Below, one piece after another: positions 58,404 through 64,000 of a DNA stretch of 64,000 nt. The position numbers were made by a program, and so were the translations under genes. The first letter of the stretch is position 1. Each line of letters starts with the position of its first letter. The notes beneath the pieces are model-generated. The model saw only the letters and a list, made by a program, of their open reading frames with translations. It was not told the DNA's origin and searched no databases. This stretch comes from Candidatus Latescibacterota bacterium (GTDB lineage: Bacteria > Latescibacterota > UBA2968 > UBA8231), in the NCBI GenBank assembly GCA_965223905.1, contig CBDCXV010000010.1, positions 1,984,001 to 2,048,000 of the forward strand, written 5' to 3'.

Positions 58404-58715
58404 ATGGCTGGATTCGATGTCGACGGACACGTAGCCCAACTGGAAAGGGAAGGCTACACTATTATTCGCGACGTGTTGCCGCAGGAAGAGATCGAGAAGT
58501 CGAAGGGGGCGATCGACGAAGTACTGGAAGCCGAGCGCGAGATCGCCACCCAGTACGGCCTCCAGAGCGAAGATCTGAAGATGTGTTTCAACGCCCAGGG
58601 AAAGCACCCGTATTTCTACGGTCTCGCTCTGCGCTACCCTGAGCCGGTGCAAGTAATCCGTCGGCTCCTTGGCGACGACATGTTCGCCCACAACGCGCAC
58701 TTGAATGGCAGGTAA
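58404..58715 (+). pseudogene. N-terminal fragment of a PhyH-family dioxygenase
   Basis: RBS aaggag; QLEREGYTIIRDVL...IRRLLGDD; ends before the HxD motif. Confidence 0.7.
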
Positions 58716-59090
58716 ATGCCGGTGTAGTTCGTTCACCGTCAACACCGGCGCTGATTCCAAATCAAGTCCAAGAGTAGCCTGGTCCAACCCCCGCTCTCGA
58801 AGCACCACCACCAGCCTTTCCACCGCTTCAGAGGTTCGCCAACCTCCTTGATAGACCTCCTTCATCCACCAAGGACGGCGTGGACCCTCTAACCATTTAG
58901 CACTACCCATTACGGCAAACGGATCCCCGACCCGGGGGAACACGGCAAAGCTGGGTAATTCCTGGTCCTGCCAATGCATCGATAATGGATTATGGGCGTC
59001 GGTAGCATAGACTGCCGTCTGCAGGTTTGTTGGGATGAGCGCGTCCAAACCCTCATTCCCCATGTATGCACGAATCCGGTCAAGATTCAT
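58700..59090 (-). pseudogene. N-terminal (creatinase/prolidase N) fragment of an M24 Xaa-Pro peptidase-like gene
   Basis: MNLDRIRAYMGNEGLDALI...VYAT...LRERGL....LGLD; the frame then runs into the antisense of the PhyH fragment. Confidence 0.65.
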
Positions 59091-59851
59091 TTTCTCGTTC
59101 CTCGATCGACAGCGTCGAGCTGCTCTTCTTCCCCAAGCTGGCGGGTGAAGTCAGCAATGAGTTCCTCGGTGGTACAAACCTGTCCTATGCTATGAAAGCG
59201 CTCCCAGGCAGACTTTTGCCTCTCTAGTGGCGCGGGGGAATCAACTGCATCCGATAGGGCAACAATACCGTATCCGCGTTCCGAACCCTCAAAGGCCGTT
59301 GCCCAGACACACCCCCCGGTACCATTGCCGGTCATCACCATAGCTTTTATCCCCCAACTGTGCAGCATCCAGTCGATATCCGAGGTGGCAAACGCGGACG
59401 AGCCTCGCTTGCGGACGATAGCCTCACCTGCCTGCGGCGTAAGCTCATCGACAATTTGCGTATCCCAGGTGCCGAAATAGTAGTTGAGACTCATGCCGGC
59501 TCGCTGTTCGATGTCCAGGATGCAGGCTCTGAAATTGGGAGGAAATTCCCGATAATCAGGCCCCCAGCAGCCGGTCATCACGTGAATGACGGGTAGGTTG
59601 TGTTTGCGGTAGAAGGCAAGCAGCCGCTGGGTGTTAGGCAACTGTAACTGGGCAACCCGATCTAAATACGCCAAAATCGCCTCTCTACGTTCGCTACTTC
59701 CTATTTTCAGATGCGACCGCATCATAGCGCCTTCAGGCTTGCAAAACATGTTCTGATTATCAATCATGGTCAGGGCTGCTGGCCTGATCCTGATGGGAAT
59801 CCGGTTACGAGACCACACTTCTTGGGGCTGCGGTTGTGTGTCAAGTTTCAT
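59087..59851 (-). CDS. Isochorismatase/cysteine hydrolase family protein
   Basis: ALTMIDNQNMF, VRKRGSSAFATSDID, MTGNGTGGCVWATA, SDA catalytic D-K-C pattern. Confidence 0.88.
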   Translation of the reverse strand: MKLDTQPQPQEVWSRNRIPIRIRPAALTMIDNQNMFCKPEGAMMRSHLKIGSSERREAILAYLDRVAQLQLPNTQRLLAFYRKHNLPVIHVMTGCWGPDYREFPPNFRACILDIEQRAGMSLNYYFGTWDTQIVDELTPQAGEAIVRKRGSSAFATSDIDWMLHSWGIKAMVMTGNGTGGCVWATAFEGSERGYGIVALSDAVDSPAPLERQKSAWERFHSIGQVCTTEELIADFTRQLGEEEQLDAVDRGTRK

Positions 59852-59864
59852 TCTAATTGCGCTC

Positions 59865-59891
59865 TCCTTTCGCGACAGTCCTTTCGCGACA
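59865..59891. repeat. 13-bp direct repeat just upstream of the cysteine hydrolase
   Basis: tcctttcgcgaca at 59865-59877 and 59879-59891. Confidence 0.75.
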
Positions 59892-60376
59892 ATAGTGGGT
59901 AGCTGATCCTTTCCAGAATGAATTCATTGCCGACCCGTGTGTGATGGAATCGTCCATCATCAGAGCTCGGCCGTCAGATCGCTGCGCTCGAGGAGATCGA
60001 TGCACTCATCGATCTGTCTGTCGATCTCTGGAACTGCCATCGCAATGCGCTCCACTGTTGGATTGGTTTTGGTCGGTCGCGATCGGCGAATCTCACGAAC
60101 TGATGAGCGGGGGTCAAGAAGACGCGCTCAGACCCCTTTTTGACTCTCTGAGCCGGCAAATCTATGCTTGCCCCCGTTCACCGTCCCGACCGATCAGCAT
60201 CCGCTTCCAGTTCAGCAACGCCAGCTACGGCGCGCATCAAGACGCCGCCTTGCTTTGGAACGGGCCCTCGATGGCTCCGCCGCGCAATTCGAACGAACCG
60301 GCACGATATGGGAGTTCTACCATCCGCAGGGGGGAAGACCGGAAGGATCTCCAGCGCAAGCCGGACACAGAGTTCA

Positions 60377-61922
60377 CCCTCTGGTTGCATAAAAACAGGG
60401 CATTTTTCATCTCTGAGCTGCCACACTTCACTTGCGGCGCCTCTGAAAATGGGGTATTGATGATGTCGCCCAAGACATTTATCGACCCCTTCCAGGAGGA
60501 CACCGCAAGTGAAGTGTAGCAAACAGCCATTTTAGCCCGTTTTCACAAGCTCCCGCGTCTTCGCTTCGAGGATCAACAGCTTACCTCCTTTGCAGGAACG
60601 ATTGTTTTTCAACTCCTCTTCCAGCGCCTGGATCTCAAGGCTCGACTGAAGCCATGCTTCCCCGCCAAGAGCTCAGCGATCTTTGGTCCCCATCTCATTG
60701 TAATGTGGCTCATCTTGCATCTGCTGCTGGGCTTCCGGCGGCTGCGCGACGTCGATTATTACCGGGACGATCCCGTGGTCTTGCGCTTGTTGGGCGTACG
60801 TCGCCTGCCGGATGTGGCCACCGTCAGTCGCACGCTGGCGAAAATGGGCCATTCCAGTGTCGAAAAAGTGCGCCACCTGTCTTCGACCTTGGTGGTGCAA
60901 GCGCTCCGGCGCGAACGCTGTCCTCGCCTGACCCTCGACTTCGACGGCTCGGTGTCCTCCACTTGTGGTCATGCCGAAGGTACCGCGGTCGGCTACAATC
61001 CCAAGAAAAAAGGGGCGCGCAGCTACTACAACCTGTTTTGCACGGTGGCCCAAACCGGTCAATTTTTCGATGTCCTTCACCGGCCCGGCAACGTCCATGA
61101 CAGCAAGGACGCTCATGAATTCATGATGAACGTTTTCGATCGCGTGGGCGACGAACTGGCGCACCCCGTGCTCGAGTCCCGACTGGACAGCGCCTTCTTC
61201 AGCCACCACACGCTTACCCTCATGGACCTGTATGGCGTCGAATGCACGATCAGTGTCCCTTTCGAACGCTTTGCGCTACTCAAGGACAAAATCGAGGCGC
61301 GTCAGCGCTGGTGCTATCTCGATGAGCAATGCTCCTATTTCGAGAGTGACTGGAAACCCAAAAGCTGGCCGGCCTCGTACCGGTTTCTCTTCGTGCGCCG
61401 TAGGGTACGGCGCCAGACCAAGGAAGCGCTGCAACTGGATCTGTTCGAACCCCGAGCATTCGATCACGAGTACCGCGTTGTGGTTACCAACAAGCCGAGC
61501 TCGGCACGTAGCGTGCTCCTCTTCCACTATGGCCGCGGCGCTCAGGAAGGGATCTTCGCCGAGGCCAAGCAACATGCCGGGCTGGATCTGATCCCCACCC
61601 GACGGCTGCTCGGCAACCGAATGGTTACTTTGTGTGCGATGATGGCCCACAACCTGGGGCGCGAAATGCAGATGCTGGCGCAGGCGCGATCCAACTATTC
61701 GCGTGCCAAACGGCCGGCGGCGTGGACCTTCCAGACCCTGGGCACCTTGCGTCAGCGCTTCCTGCATCGCGCCGGGCGTCTCACTCAGCCCAAGGGCGAG
61801 TTGACCCTGACCATGAACTCGAATCCAAAAATCGAAAAGGATCTGTTGCATTTTCTCGATACACTGAAGGATGCGGCCTGACCACAACCACCTCCTTCAA
61901 GCTGATTTATGCAACGTTAGGG
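60377..61922 (+). mobile_element. IS1380-family insertion sequence (second type)
   Basis: TIRs ccctctggttgcataaaaacag / ctgatttatgcaacgttaggg; 4-bp TSD TTCA. Confidence 0.88.
60509..61881 (+). CDS. IS1380 transposase (apparent 1-bp loss in an A-run near the start)
   Basis: RBS aggagg, GTG start; LTSFAG, LPDVATVSR, TLDFDGSV, RPGNVHDS, RLDSAFF, YGRGAQEGIFAEAK. Confidence 0.88.
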
Positions 61923-62148
61923 TTCAATCGCCCGTGCAGTGATTATCTGGGACACAATCCTTTGCTGGCCATGGCCCGACTCTACGAGCAGGCCAAGATC
62001 GGAGGGCATTAGCGGTAGTGCTGGGCACTTTGTGCCCGATGAAGGCTTGAGCGGATGAGGCGCGTTTATTGCCGCTCCCACGTCTCAACGAAGCCAGTAT
62101 CGTCGATGATGACTGTCAGCCGGTCGCCCGTGATCGTGTAATCACCAG

Positions 62149-63219
62149 ATGGATAGGACGTACAAGGACCCTTTTTGCGAAGGGAGTCGATTGTTCGATC
62201 GAAGATATCTGCCCGAGGCGGATCGCGAATTCGTCGTCATCTCAGACACGCACTACATGCTCGACGTCGGAGATGCGCCGCTCGAGTTCGAGTCACGTCG
62301 GAAGCAGACACCCCGGGCCGGGGTCGCACTCCGTCTGGTCGCGGCCTTGGGCGTGGATCCCGTCGTGCATCTCGGCGACCTGGTCCAGGAGTATCCTGAG
62401 ACGGGCGACTTCGACCGGGCGGTCCACGAGGCGCTTCGGCAGATCAGCGACACCGGCCTCGCGCCGCACTACGTCGCCGGGAATCACGACGTGGGCGACA
62501 AGCCGGACCCGACGATGCCGACCCACAACGTCACCCGCGAAACACTCGGAAAATTCCACAGCCGGTGCGGTCCCTCCTGGAAGCGCATCGACCTCGGTCC
62601 GCACCGCATCCTGCTCCTGAATTCCCAAATCCTCAACACGGACCTGCCCGACGCCGCGCAGCAGCGTACGTGGATCACCGAGCAGCTATCAGAACGAACC
62701 GACGGGCGCACGTTCGTGTGTCTTCACCTGCCCCTCTACCTGTTCGACGGGAAAGAGCAGGGCTTCGGTCACTACGATGTGATCGACGAGCCCGACCGGA
62801 CCTGGCTTCTCGACCTGATCCAGAGGAGCGACGTCGACACGATCTTCGCCGGCCACGTCCACTTCGCGTTTGCCGACCGGATCGGATCCACGGACTACCG
62901 CGTCCTGCCGTCGCCCTCTTTCGTGCGACCCGGTTTCTCGCACCTGTTCTCGTCATGCGCGCCGCCCGAGCAGGGACGTGACGACACGCCCAAACTCGGG
63001 TTCACCTTCGTACGAACGGTCGGTGAACGAACGGACCTCCACACGATTCGAACTGGCGGCGCCGAAACCGTCGACGGGCGATCGCGCCTGCTCACGCGAA
63101 CGAGCGCGGCCCTCCCCGACTCCCCCGTCGGCGTCACGCTGAGGGGGCCTGTCTCCCCGGCCAGCAAGGTCCCCGTCGCCTACCCGTCCGTCATCGAGCA
63201 GCCGGTCCGCAACAACTAG
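62149..63219 (+). pseudogene. Calcineurin-like metallophosphoesterase, C-terminus cut by IS5 copy 3
   Basis: ISDTH, HLGDLV, AGNHD, LHLP, AGHVH motifs; the stop codon is created at the IS junction (ta|gaacc). Confidence 0.8.
62150..62175. repeat. 26-bp dispersed repeat, copy 2
   Basis: tggataggacgtacaaggaccctttt. Confidence 0.7.
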
Positions 63220-64000
63220 AACCTATCTCAAAATTGAAATTGTTTAAGTAAAATCAAAATGGAGGCAAGTTGGACGAAGCCAAGAAAATTCTCCGGATAC
63301 AATTCCCAGCGAGTGATCACTCGACGCTGCCATTGAAGCCAAGCAAAGAATCTCTCAACCATCCAACGCCGCACATAACGCCGCAATCGCCGTCCATCCT
63401 GAGTCTTTTTCTTGGTCCGATTCTGGCGATGCGGGGCGATCATCTCGATCCCGTCTTTCTTAAGTTCTTCATCCAACGAATCGCTGTCGTACGCTTTGTC
63501 ACCGATCAAGTTGTCAGGTTTGTCTTCGATCAGGTAAAAGTCAAAGGTCAACTGAACCAGCGTCACTTCATGATGGTTCGCTGCATGCGTGCTCACCGAC
63601 AAGGGAAGCCCATTGCCGTCCACGATCCCCATGACCCGCACCCCCTTACCTCGCTTGCTGTGGCCGATATCGGCACCTCCACCCTTGGCCGCCGAGAACA
63701 TGCCGTCGATGAAAGCTTCCGATTCGTCCAGGTCCCCTTGCTCGTGAAGGGTATTGGCCAAGTCCATGAGAACATCGCGCAGCACCTCGTTGCGACACCA
63801 ATTTTGAAAGCGACGATGCACCGTTTTGTAGTTCGGATAGCCCTGCGGCAGCATGTGCCATTGGGCACCGGTATTGAGAATCCAAAGGACGGCTTCAAGA
63901 ACCTCACGTGTGGCAACTGGTTTGCGGCCCGGATGGCTTTTGGGACGATGTTCTTCAGGAAAGTGATGACGGATTCGCTCCCATTGCTTGTCGGTCAAAG
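63219..64000 (-). mobile_element. IS5-family element, copy 3 (runs off the window)
   Basis: TIR gaacctatctcaaaat at 63219; transposase 63228-63998 essentially identical to copy 1. Confidence 0.92.

Larger units (their letters stand above)
60170..62012 (+). pseudogene. C-terminal remnant of a trehalase/GH63-like glycosidase split by IS1380
   Basis: ...FERTGTIWEFYHPQGG...LQRKPDTEF|NRPCSDYLGHNPLLAMARLY reads through once the IS and one TTCA are removed (one extra base near 60345). Family call is tentative. Confidence 0.55.

Noticed and set aside
1620-60530. Frameshifts in istA, the intron ORF, paralogue 4, and IS1380/IS5 transposases as programmed frameshifting
   Set aside because: They are single-base indels, mostly in homopolymers and across unrelated genes; long-read error or decay is more likely. 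Needs read polishing.
1-64000. CRISPR array, rRNA, tRNA or integron attC array
   Set aside because: No regularly spaced repeats or recognisable structural RNA signatures were found by eye.

Overview
GC-rich bacterial window whose gene families (secreted proteins with C-terminal FlgD-Ig-like domains, DUF4838, DUF6785-like transporter, many PhyH dioxygenases and sulfatases) suggest a Latescibacterota/PVC-like heterotroph (inference). It is dominated by a glycan/sulfate-ester catabolic region. Its centrepiece is five paralogous ~880-910 aa secreted proteins (discoidin/CBM32-like N-terminus plus GH123/DUF4091-like catalytic module) that share a constant scaffold but differ in short loop blocks, including loss of the catalytic-looking Asp-Glu pair in one copy. 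There are also three tandem FlgD-domain surface proteins, of which the leftmost is a pseudogene hit by an IS21 and by an antisense group II intron with non-canonical boundaries. The right third is eroded: two IS1380 and three IS5 copies with recoverable target duplications, IS91-like remnants, a deletion fusing two convergent genes and in-frame amber stops. Many single-base frameshifts sit in homopolymers and may be long-read errors. No rRNA, tRNA or CRISPR array was seen. All family assignments come from motif recognition, not database searches.
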